A DNA stretch of 63,882 nt, filler included, from Actinomycetota bacterium (lineage in GTDB: Bacteria > Actinomycetota > Acidimicrobiia > IMCC26256 > VFJJ01), in NCBI GenBank assembly GCA_009886115.1. It is 4 parts of 4 records of this genome, joined end to end, with 100 filler letters (N's around TTAATTAATTAA, not from the genome) between each part and the next. Parts side by side here need not be neighbours in the genome. Positions count along the whole stretch, not along the records: positions 17,762 to 43,239 come from VFJJ01000037.1; 3 more parts are not named here. One strand, written 5' to 3'. Numbering within the stretch: position 1 is the stretch's first letter; each line of letters starts with the position of its first letter. A model generated the notes under the pieces. It ran no database searches and had not been told where the DNA came from. It saw only the letters and a program-made list of their open reading frames with translations. Made by a program: the position numbers and the translations under genes. Shown here in pieces: positions 18,219-30,190 of this stretch.

Positions 18219-18794
18219 ATGGATCTCCGCAGCTGGCTCCTCGCCGACCACGCCGACGTCGGCACCCGCATCCGCGCTCAGGTGTTGGCCCGGGTACCCC
18301 GCGAACGGTGGAACGAGCACCTCGACGACGAGACGTCGTCGATCGCCTGGATCCTCTGGCACACGTTGCGCCATCAGGACGTGGCCGTCAACGCCATGGT
18401 CCGAGGTGTCGACGAGGTGCTGACGACCGACGGATGGGCACAGCGGCTCGGCGTCACGTCCCTGGCCGCGGGCACAGGATTGTCGGAGGCCGGCGACCGC
18501 GAGGCCGCGGCGCTCGTCGACCTCGACGCTCTCGGCGGCTACGCAGAGGCGGTCTGGGCGGCCACGGCGGCCTGGCTGGCACAGGTGGAGCCTGCCGAGC
18601 TCGACCGGGTGCCCGACGCCGCTGCCGGTCTCCAGCGTGCGGGGGTGTCTGAGGACGGCTACCCGTGGCTGTACCGCATGTGGACGGCCAAGCCCGTGGC
18701 CTTCCACATCTCCTGGGAGACCATCGGCCACGGCTACAACCATCTCGGCGAGATGGTGAACGTCCGCAACCGCATGGGCCACGGCGGTTTCTGA
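18219..18794 (+). CDS. DinB family protein
   Basis: SIAWILWH...QD and GHGYNHLGE His triad. Confidence 0.85.
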   Translation: MDLRSWLLADHADVGTRIRAQVLARVPRERWNEHLDDETSSIAWILWHTLRHQDVAVNAMVRGVDEVLTTDGWAQRLGVTSLAAGTGLSEAGDREAAALVDLDALGGYAEAVWAATAAWLAQVEPAELDRVPDAAAGLQRAGVSEDGYPWLYRMWTAKPVAFHISWETIGHGYNHLGEMVNVRNRMGHGGF

Positions 18795-18869
18795 GAGGGC
18801 GCTGTTTCTGGCGGGCCCCTGGCCTCCGGCAGCGCACCGGTCCCGTCGTCGAACGCGACCCAGAGGCCG

Positions 18870-19403
18870 TCACCCGCCCAGGCTGCACAGCCCGGGGAGC
18901 CAGTGGTCGAGCGGGGGGACGGCGGCGTCGGGCACCTTGGCTGCGTCGTCGGCCCGGCGGAGCGCCACGATGGCTCGCCAGTCGGGGTTGGCCTCGAAGG
19001 CCGCGGTCTCCAAAGTCGTGAGCTCGCCGCCCTGGGCCGCCAGCGTCTCGATGCTCCCGCTCGACAACAGCGCCCGGTACGCCGGGTCGACGGTCACCAG
19101 GTAGCGCTTGGCTGGGACGTGGCCCGCGATCAACGCCGCGATCCGGTCCCCCAGCAACCCGCGCACGGCATCGGCCCCCATCAGCGCGTGGCGGGGCATT
19201 CCCGGCTCGTCCCACGGATGTGCCAGGTCGTGGATGAGCCCGGCCACCTGGAGCTCGACATCGTCGGATGCCGCGGCCTCCAGCAGCGCCGCGCACTGGA
19301 GCCCATGATCGAGCTCGGCGAAGGCGTCGGTCTCGTCGGACGGGATCGTGCCGAGATAGCGCAAGTGGTCGATCAGCTCGTCGACCGTCGCCAGGACGTG
19401 CAC
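18870..19403 (-). CDS. HD-domain protein of the PhnZ/TmpB-like diiron oxygenase type
   Basis: HGLQCA, LIHDLAH, RHA, HVPAKRYL, LSSGS.ETL..QGG, LRRADDAAK. Confidence 0.85.
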   Translation of the reverse strand: MHVLATVDELIDHLRYLGTIPSDETDAFAELDHGLQCAALLEAAASDDVELQVAGLIHDLAHPWDEPGMPRHALMGADAVRGLLGDRIAALIAGHVPAKRYLVTVDPAYRALLSSGSIETLAAQGGELTTLETAAFEANPDWRAIVALRRADDAAKVPDAAVPPLDHWLPGLCSLGG

Positions 19404-19490
19404 AGGAACCTCCGATCGCTGGCGCAGCGGACACTACCGGTCACCGGGCTGAGGCGTCGCCGCCGCATCGGGTATGAGAGCATCGGGCCC

Positions 19491-20267
19491 ATGAGCATGC
19501 GCCGTCTGGCCGACCTGCGAGCCCCCGAGATCGCCGAGCGGGTCACGGAGCGCTCGATCCTGGTGCAGCCGCTGGGCGCGGTCGAGCAGCACGGCCCGCA
19601 CCTCCCGCTGTCGACCGATCTCATCATCGCCGAAGCGGCGAGCGAAGCGGTCATGGCCGCACGAGGCGACGAGCTCGACCTGTGGCTCCTGCCGCCCCTC
19701 GCCTACACGAAGTCGAACGAGCACGCCTGGTCGCCAGGCACGGTCTGGCTGTCGCCCACCACGCTGCTCGCCGTGCTCGACGACCTCGGCCGCTCGCTCG
19801 CCAGCACCCGGGCCCGCAAGGTGGCGTTCGTCAACGGCCACGGCGGCAACACCGCGCTGGTCAACGTGGCGTGTCGCGAGCTGCGGCTGCACCACGGGCT
19901 GCTCACGTTCTTGTTGCACCCGTCGGTCCCACCCGACCACGGCGGTCCGTCGACGGCCGACGAGCTGGGCATGGGCATCCACGGCGGGCTCGACGAGACC
20001 TCGGTGGTGCTGCACCTGCGCCCCGACCTGGTCGACATGACGACGGCCGTCCGCAACGTCCCGGCCCGCCTGGCCGAGAATCAGCACGTCCGCTTCGGCG
20101 GGTCGGTGAGCTTCGGCTGGCTGTCGAACGACTTCGGCCCGTCGGGGCTCATCGGCGATCCGTTGGGCGCCACCGCCGAGCGAGGACGGGCCCTGTTCGA
20201 GTCGAGCGTGCAGGTGCTGGGCGAGGCCTTCGCCGAGATCGCCCGCTTCGAGCTCCCCCTCGCCTGA
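19491..20267 (+). CDS. Creatininase family amidohydrolase
   Basis: GAVEQHGPHLPLSTD, SNEH..PGT, NGHGGN, HGGLDETS. Confidence 0.93.
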   Translation: MSMRRLADLRAPEIAERVTERSILVQPLGAVEQHGPHLPLSTDLIIAEAASEAVMAARGDELDLWLLPPLAYTKSNEHAWSPGTVWLSPTTLLAVLDDLGRSLASTRARKVAFVNGHGGNTALVNVACRELRLHHGLLTFLLHPSVPPDHGGPSTADELGMGIHGGLDETSVVLHLRPDLVDMTTAVRNVPARLAENQHVRFGGSVSFGWLSNDFGPSGLIGDPLGATAERGRALFESSVQVLGEAFAEIARFELPLA

Positions 20268-20306
20268 CGCGCTTCTGCCGGCCCGCCCTCCCCGGTCCCC
20301 CACCGC

Positions 20307-20360
20307 CCGAGCAGGAGTGAGTTCATCCGCCCTGGCGGGGCTCAACTCACACCTGTTCGG
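20307..20360. repeat. Imperfect palindrome (REP-like or terminator)
   Basis: CCGAGCAGGAGTGAGTT..CCGCC / GGCGG..AACTCACACCTGTTCGG can fold into a long hairpin downstream of the creatininase gene. Confidence 0.6.
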
Positions 20361-20493
20361 TTGTTCTGGGCTCAGCGTCGAGGTGCAGGGGCGTGGTGAC
20401 GTTCGGGATGCCATCGGCTGAGGCCGTGGCCACGACGGCGGGCACAGCTCCGCCAAAGCAGCGCTCCAGCAACGCCAGCGTCGGATCGATCAC
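20347..20493 (-). pseudogene. 5' remnant of a PNPOx-like/GAF-domain protein gene
   Basis: 48-aa ORF MIDPTLALLERCFGGAVPAVVATASADGIPNVT; GTG start overlaps the upstream TGA. Confidence 0.6.
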
Positions 20494-20746
20494 GGGGCGC
20501 TCCTCGACAACGTGGCCCCGGCGCCGGGCCCAGGCGTCTGGTCGTACACCTCGTTGACGACGACGTCGCAGACGACGAACGTCCGGGGAACCAGACGGTC
20601 GAGGAGATGCCGCTCGTACCCGTCGACCTCGCGCACCGCTCGAAGAACTCGTCGCAATAGCGGGCGATCCGTTGATGATCGGCGGCGCCGGCAGGGTTCA
20701 CGGAGGTCACGATCCCCTTGATCTGGACCGATCGCAGGGTCATCAC
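20490..20746 (-). pseudogene. 3' remnant of a pyridoxamine-5'-phosphate-oxidase-like (split barrel) gene, frameshifted
   Basis: TLRSVQIKG...YCDEFFE, shift at ~20640, then AVREVDG...EVYDQTPGPGAG. Confidence 0.65.
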
Positions 20747-20873
20747 GTTCCGCTCGGCATGCTGAGCGCCTGGAACCCCAACGTGAAGTGCCGCTGAGGT
20801 CGCCGGCTGAGGGGGACGGGAGACCGTCCCCCTCGGTGCCCCCCTCAGTGCCCCCCTCAGCCCCGCCTCCCCG

Positions 20874-21385
20874 TCAGCGGCGGCGCTCTTGGCGGCGCGA
20901 GTCGATGACCCCGGTGTCGAAGCCGGCGAGATGCAGGCCTCCGGCGAAGCGGGCGTGCTCGATCTTGATGCAGCGATCCTGCACGACCCGCAGGCCCGCA
21001 GCGTGCGCCATGGCGACGGCTTCCTCGGATCGCAGGCCCAGTTGCATCCAGAGCACCCGGGCTCCGACGGCCACGGCCTCCCGAGCCACCTCGGGGAGGT
21101 CTTCGGCACGCCGGAAGGCCACCACGACCTCGGGCGGGGCGTGCTCGAGCGCCAGCGCGTCGAGCGACGGATGGAACGCTCGGCCCAGGATCGTCGCTCC
21201 GGCTGCAGCCTCCTTGGGGTTCACGAACGTCACGTCGTAGTCGCACGACGACGAGAGCAGGTACGTGGCCACGAAGTACGACGGCCGGGCGGGGTTCGAG
21301 GACGCACCGACGATGGCGATCGACCGTATCGAGTCGAGAATCTCCTTGCGCTGCTTGGCCGAGGGCGGCGTCCAGGGTGGGGTGC

Positions 21386-21389
<4 letters not shown>
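20874..21389 (-). CDS. CoA-binding protein (YccU-like)
   Basis: IAIVGASSNPARPSYFV, LWMQLG, VVQDRCIKIEHAR. Confidence 0.92.
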
Positions 21390-24326
<2,937 letters not shown>

Positions 24327-24511
24327 GCCACCATCACCCAACCCCCGAATCGCTCGCCGAGCACACTTGCGGACACCACCACCGCGGTCAACCATCGCGC
24401 GATGCAACACGCCGTTCACCGAACGGCAACGATGCTCGACGCGGGCCCGGGCAGGCTCGATCCGGACCGGCACGCGTGTTCGCCGACAACTACACGGGGA
24501 CCATACGACCG

Positions 24512-26053
24512 ATGCTTCTCCACCAACTGCTGCGTGACGGCGCCGAGCGCACGCCCGACAAGACCGCCTTCCACTGGGTCGACCGTGACCGCTCACTCAC
24601 GTACGCGCAGGCCGTCGAGCAGACCGACAAGGCGGCCGGCGCCTTGGCGGCCCTCGGGGTCGGTCGCGGCGACCGGGTGGGGATCTTTGCCCACAACGGC
24701 CTCGACTACCTCCTCGGAATGTTCGGAGCGTGGCGCCTGGGAGCCATGTGCGCACTGGTGAACGTGCAGTACGCCGACACGCTCGACTACTACGTCAACG
24801 ACTGCACGCCGCGCGTGCTGATCTACACGCACGACCACCTGGCGACGCTCGAGCGGCATCGGGCCAACCTGCCGTCGATCGAGCACTACCTGTGCATGGA
24901 CGGTCCTCAAGCAGGCGCGATCTCGTGGCCCGACGCCGTGGCCGCCGCGCCGGCGCCGCCCCCCGACACCACGACCGACGACGATCGGGCCCACCTCTCC
25001 TACACGTCGGGGACCTCGGGCAAGCCCAAGGGAGCCTGCCTCGCGCACGAACCGACGATGCGGGCGACCCGGTGCATCGCCGAGCGACTCCGGGTCACGG
25101 CGGCCGACGTGAGCCTCGGGCCCACGGCGCTGTCGTCGTCGTACCAGCTCGTGGCCAACCTGCTCCCGGCGCTGCACCGAGGCGCGACGGTTTGCGTGAT
25201 GAGCAGGTGGGACGCCGCGAAGGGTTGGGACGCTGCTGAGCGGCTCGGCGCCACGATGCTGGCCGCCAACCCGACCGTCCTGCGGGATCTGCTCGCCGAG
25301 TCGCGCTCGCGTGGACGGGCACCTTCGGCGTTGCGCCTGTCCCTCTCGGGCGGCGGACCCGTCCCGCCCGAGCTGAAGCTGGCCTGGCGCGACGAGCTGG
25401 GCCTGCCGCTGTGCGAGAGCTACGGCCAGAGCGAGCTCGGCGGCTTCGTGGGCCTGTGGGCGGCCGACCAACCCGTGACCGAGGAGCGCGTGCTGTCGTG
25501 CGGGCAGCCTCTCCCCGACAAGGAAGTGCGCATCCTTTCTGATTCGGGGGCCGAGGTCGCGCCCGGAGAGTTGGGTGAGATCTGTCTGCGGGGCGGGTTC
25601 ATGGCCGGCTACTGGAACCGGCCCGACAAGACCGCGGAAGCACTGCGCGACGGCTGGCTCCACACCGGCGACGTCGGCTTCATCGACCACGAGGGTTTCG
25701 TGTTCATGCGGGGCCGCCTGAGCGAGCGACTCACCGTGTCCGGCGAGCACATCTACCCGCGCGACGTCGAAGAGATCCTCATGCGCCACCCGGACGTGTC
25801 GGAGGCTGCGCTCATCGGCCTCCCCGACCCCGTCCTCGGCCACCGTCCCGTGGCGTATGTCACCGCCCGACCGGGCGCCGACGGCATCACCGGGAGCATC
25901 GACATGGCCGACGTGCTGGCCCACCTCGCGCGGTCATGGAGCCGACAGGTAGAGTCGCTCACCATCGACGTCATCGGGGCGATGCCCATGACCCCCACGG
26001 GAAAGATCTCCAAGGCCGAGCTGCTCGACCAGGCCCAGGATTCGACGCGGTGA
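24512..26053 (+). CDS. Class I adenylate-forming (AMP-binding) enzyme / acyl-CoA ligase
   Basis: YTSGTSGKPKG, ESYGQSE, WLHTGD, TPTGKI. Confidence 0.93.
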   Translation: MLLHQLLRDGAERTPDKTAFHWVDRDRSLTYAQAVEQTDKAAGALAALGVGRGDRVGIFAHNGLDYLLGMFGAWRLGAMCALVNVQYADTLDYYVNDCTPRVLIYTHDHLATLERHRANLPSIEHYLCMDGPQAGAISWPDAVAAAPAPPPDTTTDDDRAHLSYTSGTSGKPKGACLAHEPTMRATRCIAERLRVTAADVSLGPTALSSSYQLVANLLPALHRGATVCVMSRWDAAKGWDAAERLGATMLAANPTVLRDLLAESRSRGRAPSALRLSLSGGGPVPPELKLAWRDELGLPLCESYGQSELGGFVGLWAADQPVTEERVLSCGQPLPDKEVRILSDSGAEVAPGELGEICLRGGFMAGYWNRPDKTAEALRDGWLHTGDVGFIDHEGFVFMRGRLSERLTVSGEHIYPRDVEEILMRHPDVSEAALIGLPDPVLGHRPVAYVTARPGADGITGSIDMADVLAHLARSWSRQVESLTIDVIGAMPMTPTGKISKAELLDQAQDSTR

Positions 26054-26994
26054 ACGCTCGGAGCTCCGTACCAGCCGGGGTGCCTGCGGAGCACCCGGGC
26101 AGGCGCATCGCCAGGCTCGTCATCGGGCCGACCGTGGTGGCTGGTGCGGTCATCGGGCTCTGGTACTTCGTGCACCACCGGGTGCTCGAGAGCCAGCGCC
26201 GGTTCATCCTGCCGGAGTTCCACGTCGTGATCGACCACGGGTTCCTCGACGCCGACCACGCTCGTGAGCTCCTGAAGGGGTTGTGGCTCACCACGCAGGT
26301 CGCGCTGCTCGGCTTGGTGGTGGCGGCGATCATCGGGATCGGCGTCGGCGTGCTCATGAGCCAAGCCCGCTGGCTCGAGCACAGTGTCTTCCCGTACGCC
26401 GTGATCCTCCAGACGATCCCGATCATCGCCATCGTGCCGCTCATCGGACTGGCGTTCGACTACAGCTACGGCAGCCGGGTCACCGTCGCAGTGCTCATCG
26501 CCGTGTTCCCTGTGATCACCAACACGCTGTTCGGGTTGAAGTCGGCCGAGACGTCACAGCACGACCTGTTCACGCTGCATCAGTCCGGACGGCTCACACG
26601 TCTGAGGAAGCTGATGATGCCCGCCGCCCTCCCGGCGATCTTCACCGGCTTGCGAATCGCCGCCGGAGCATCGGTGATCGGGGCGATCGTCGGCGAGTTC
26701 TTCTACCGGCAAGGGGCCGACAAGGGCATCGGTCGGCTCATCAGCGAGTACCAGTTCGACAACGACTTCGACCTCGGGATCGCCGCGCTCCTCCTGTCGT
26801 GCCTCCTCGGGATCGTGCTCTTTTGGGTCATCACGTTCGTTGGCAACCGATCAGTGCGCCATTGGCACTCGTCGGCCCTGCCGCGATACCGGCCGCCGCG
26901 CGCTCGCACGGGCGGCCAAGGGGGCCCGCCAATCGGTCAGCACCGGTTGACGGGCGGTACGAGCACCGTTGTGGCAACGACAGCACTCAGATGA
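26050..26994 (+). CDS. ABC transporter permease, NitT/TauT family
   Basis: LQTIPIIAIVPL, FPVITNTLFGL, PAALPAIFTGLRI, GAIVGEF; GTGA overlap with the ligase. Confidence 0.92.
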   Translation: MNARSSVPAGVPAEHPGRRIARLVIGPTVVAGAVIGLWYFVHHRVLESQRRFILPEFHVVIDHGFLDADHARELLKGLWLTTQVALLGLVVAAIIGIGVGVLMSQARWLEHSVFPYAVILQTIPIIAIVPLIGLAFDYSYGSRVTVAVLIAVFPVITNTLFGLKSAETSQHDLFTLHQSGRLTRLRKLMMPAALPAIFTGLRIAAGASVIGAIVGEFFYRQGADKGIGRLISEYQFDNDFDLGIAALLLSCLLGIVLFWVITFVGNRSVRHWHSSALPRYRPPRARTGGQGGPPIGQHRLTGGTSTVVATTALR

Positions 26995-27010
26995 TGGAGA
27001 AAGGGAGAGC

Positions 27011-28219
27011 ATGAGGAAGCTCAGATTCACAGCCGTGGCCATGATGGCCGGGCTGGCACTCGTCGCTTCGGCCTGTGGCGACGACGACGATGACGCCGCG
27101 ACCCCGGCGACCGACGGCACAACCGCACCAACAACGGGCGAAACCACCGCAGAGACCACCGGCGAAACGACAGCAGAGACCGGAGGCTCAGCGGCGGGCT
27201 CACTCGTCGGCGTGTGTCCCGACCCGTTGATCATCCAGACCGACTGGTTCCCCGAGGCCGACCACGGGTACTCGTACCAGGCGATCGGGGTCGATGGCGT
27301 GGTCGACGCCACCAACGGCACGTACTCCGGTCCGTTGGGCGACACCGGGATCACCCTCGAGGTCCGAGCGGGCGGCCCCTACGTCTCCTTCGCCCCGCCG
27401 GCGCAGCAGATCTATGCCGACCCCGACATCTTCGCCGGCTACGCCGACACGGGTGACGTGATCCGCAATGCAGGTGGCGAGCAGTCTCTTGTGAGCGTGT
27501 TCGCCAACTACGACAAGGGCCCGCAGATCATCCAGTGGGACCCCGCGGCGTACCCGGACATCACGTCGGTCGAGGACATCCGTGACACTGGCGCCACGGT
27601 CTTGTACTTCGAGGGTGCGGCCTACATGGACTACTGGCTGGCCAACGGCCTGTTGGACGAGGACCAGATCGACGCCTCCTACGACGGCAGCCCGACCCGC
27701 TTCGTCGCCGAGGGCGATCTGTTCCAGCAGGGCTTCGCGACCGCCGAGCCGTTCAACTACGAGCAGGGCGGGATCGGGTGGGACAAGCCTGTCGAGTACC
27801 TCTTGGTGCACGACACCGGTTTCGAGATCTACCAGTCCGCGCTGTCGGTTCGTCCCGACACGCTCACCGACGAGGCCGACTGCCTCGCGGCGCTGATCCC
27901 GATCTTCCAGCAGTCGCTGGTCGACTACATCACCGACCCCGTCCCGATGAACGCCCGGCTCACCGAGATCGTCACCGAGCTCGAAGAGTTCTGGGTCATC
28001 ACCGATGAGCTCAACGCCGCCGCCGTCGAGGTCATGCTCGAGCAGAAGCTCGTGACCGACGGCGACAACGGCTTCATCGGTGACTTCGACTGCGCCCGGG
28101 TCGACACGCTCATCGAAACGCTCCGTCCCGTGTACGAGGGCGAGATCCCCGATGATCTGGCGTGTGACGACGTGGTCACCAACCAGTTCCTCGACGACAC
28201 GATCAGCCTGGGTAAGTAG
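27011..28219 (+). CDS. ABC substrate-binding lipoprotein, NMT1/THI5-like (NitT/TauT)
   Basis: Signal peptide and lipobox LVASAC, Thr-rich linker, QTDWFPEADHG, QQGFATAEP. Confidence 0.9.
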   Translation: MRKLRFTAVAMMAGLALVASACGDDDDDAATPATDGTTAPTTGETTAETTGETTAETGGSAAGSLVGVCPDPLIIQTDWFPEADHGYSYQAIGVDGVVDATNGTYSGPLGDTGITLEVRAGGPYVSFAPPAQQIYADPDIFAGYADTGDVIRNAGGEQSLVSVFANYDKGPQIIQWDPAAYPDITSVEDIRDTGATVLYFEGAAYMDYWLANGLLDEDQIDASYDGSPTRFVAEGDLFQQGFATAEPFNYEQGGIGWDKPVEYLLVHDTGFEIYQSALSVRPDTLTDEADCLAALIPIFQQSLVDYITDPVPMNARLTEIVTELEEFWVITDELNAAAVEVMLEQKLVTDGDNGFIGDFDCARVDTLIETLRPVYEGEIPDDLACDDVVTNQFLDDTISLGK

Positions 28220-28227
28220 CGACACAC

Positions 28228-29130
28228 ATGGCTGTGATCGACGCCGAATCCCGCAGTGCTGGCAAGCGGGGTACCGGTCAACCGGGTGCGGCGTCGATGC
28301 TGCCACCGCCGGTGCCGTCCAAGATTCCTGGACGGCACCGGCAGGTCGTGGCACAGGTGGTCTCGCCGATGGTGCTCCTCGGGCTCGTCGTGGCCGGGTG
28401 GTACCTGTTGCACGCGCAGCTCGGCGACCGAAAGAAGTTCCTCGTCCCGCAGCCCCACGTGATCGTCGACCACGGCTTCCTCGACGGTGCCGTGCGCGCC
28501 GACATCTTCGAGGCGCTCCGGAACACGACCAAGGTGTCCCTCGTCGGGCTGGCGATCGCCATCGTCCTCGGGGTGCTGTTCGCGACGCTGATGAGCCTGG
28601 CCGGCTGGGTCGAGCGCAGCTTCTTCCCGTGGGCCATCGTGCTCCAGACCGTGCCCATCCTCGCCATGGTGCCGCTCATGAGCGCGTGGTTCGGATACAA
28701 CATCAAGAGCCGGGTGATCGTCTGCGTCCTCATCGCCCTGTTCCCGATCATCACCAACACGCTTTTCGGTCTGCTGTCGGCCGACGAGTCGCACCACGAC
28801 CTGTTCACCCTCCACCGGGCGTCGTGGTTCACCCGGCTGCGCAAGCTCCAGTTCCCGGGCGCCCTTCCGGCGATGTTCACGGGCTTTCGGGTCTCGGCCG
28901 GGCTCGCGGTGGTCGGAGCCATCGTCGGCGAGTTCTTCTTCCGCCGGGGCGACAAGGGACTCGGCAACCTGATCGACAGGTACCAGAAGACCAACATCGC
29001 CGAGACCCCGAAGCTCTGGGCAACGGTCGTGGTGGCCTGCCTGCTCGGTGTCGCGGTGTTTCTCGTGTTCGGACTGCTTCAGCGGCTGTGCGCCCGGCGA
29101 TGGCACGGGTCGGGGCTCTCAGACCGGTGA
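28228..29130 (+). CDS. ABC transporter permease, NitT/TauT family
   Basis: LQTVPILAMVPL, FPIITNTLFGL, PGALPAMFTGFR, GAIVGEF; paralog of 26050-26994. Confidence 0.92.
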   Translation: MAVIDAESRSAGKRGTGQPGAASMLPPPVPSKIPGRHRQVVAQVVSPMVLLGLVVAGWYLLHAQLGDRKKFLVPQPHVIVDHGFLDGAVRADIFEALRNTTKVSLVGLAIAIVLGVLFATLMSLAGWVERSFFPWAIVLQTVPILAMVPLMSAWFGYNIKSRVIVCVLIALFPIITNTLFGLLSADESHHDLFTLHRASWFTRLRKLQFPGALPAMFTGFRVSAGLAVVGAIVGEFFFRRGDKGLGNLIDRYQKTNIAETPKLWATVVVACLLGVAVFLVFGLLQRLCARRWHGSGLSDR

Positions 29131-29158
29131 GCCCTTCGTGAGCCCTTCGTGAGCCTTC
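29127..29158 (+). repeat. Tandem 11-bp repeat GTGAGCCCTTC x2 plus a variant copy
   Basis: gtgagcccttc gtgagcccttc gtgagccttc at the permease/LLM junction. Confidence 0.9.
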
Positions 29159-30090
29159 CCTGGGGGGTGTGGTTCGAGCCCACACAGCCGGTGCGGCGGC
29201 TCGTCGAGCTCGCGGTGCTGGCCGAAGGGCTGGGGGCCGAGGTGTGCTTCGTGGCCGACGAGGGCACCGAGCGCGACGTGTACGTGGCCATGACGGCCAT
29301 CGTGCTCTCAACGGAACGTCTGGTGGTGGCTCCCGCCATCACCAACCCCTTCTCGCGCCATCCCGTCACCACAGCAGCGGCCATCGCCACCCTGGCCGAG
29401 ATGGCTCCGGGCCGGGTCTGGCATGGGCTCGGCGTCGGCGGGAGCCGGGTGCTGGAGCCGCTCGGGCTGGCGCCGGAGCGGCCCTTCACCGCCTTGCGCG
29501 ACACGGTCGCGCTCAATCGCGCCCTGCTGTCGGGCGTCGCGGCGGGGCCGGCGACGCTGCACTTCGGGCCGGGCGCGTCGGGCTCGACGCCGGTCCCCCT
29601 GGCCATCGCCGGACGGGGGCCGCGGGTGCAGGCCCTCGCCGCCAGCGAGGCCGACTGGGTGATCTTGTCGGCGAAACCCTCGGCTCACTTGGGTACGGAG
29701 GCGGCGAGGATCAGGTCCGCTGGCTCGGCCAAGATTGCCTGGTCGGCCTACATCGCGTGGTCGCACACCGAGCGTGCCCGGGTGCTGCGGCACTTCTCGT
29801 ACATGGCGATCGACGCCCCGCCTGAGATCCGTGCGGCTGCGGGACTCGACGACGAGCGAGCGTCGCTCATCAAGGCCGCCATGCTCTCGGGCCGGATGGA
29901 CGATGCCGCAGAGCTCCTGCCCCCGGCGCTCGTCGATCAGTACGCGATCGCCGGCACCCCATCGGAGTGCACGGCCGCCATTGCGTCACAACGGGCCCAC
30001 TTCGACCTGTTCATGCTCCCCATGAACGACGAGCCGAGCTGCGAGGAGCACATCACCGTGTGCGCCCGAATACTGCAGGCGGTCCGGTAG
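29149..30090 (+). CDS. LLM class (Mer-like) oxidoreductase
   Basis: ADEG.ERDVYV, ITNPFSRHP, LAIAGRGP, IAGTPSEC. Confidence 0.88.
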   Translation: MSLPWGVWFEPTQPVRRLVELAVLAEGLGAEVCFVADEGTERDVYVAMTAIVLSTERLVVAPAITNPFSRHPVTTAAAIATLAEMAPGRVWHGLGVGGSRVLEPLGLAPERPFTALRDTVALNRALLSGVAAGPATLHFGPGASGSTPVPLAIAGRGPRVQALAASEADWVILSAKPSAHLGTEAARIRSAGSAKIAWSAYIAWSHTERARVLRHFSYMAIDAPPEIRAAAGLDDERASLIKAAMLSGRMDDAAELLPPALVDQYAIAGTPSECTAAIASQRAHFDLFMLPMNDEPSCEEHITVCARILQAVR

Positions 30091-30190
30091 CCGTCTCTGG
30101 CTGTGTCATTCCCCGACGTGCGGGGATTCAATCACGACAAGCGTCACGCCCGGCGCCTCCCGGGGCCCACGGGTCAGACCGGCGTCGAGA

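Noticed and set aside
19491..20267. Creatininase as the mycofactocin peptidase MftE
   Set aside because: No mftA, mftB, mftC (radical SAM) or mftF genes are nearby, and the ABC/LLM/Rieske context fits a catabolic amidohydrolase better.
20828..20863. Short tandem repeats here and at about 12775-12820, 47829-47856, 52085-52130 and 63700-63740 as CRISPR or functional arrays
   Set aside because: They have only 2-4 units of 9-18 nt with no spacers and no cas genes, consistent with local slippage in linkers and gene ends.
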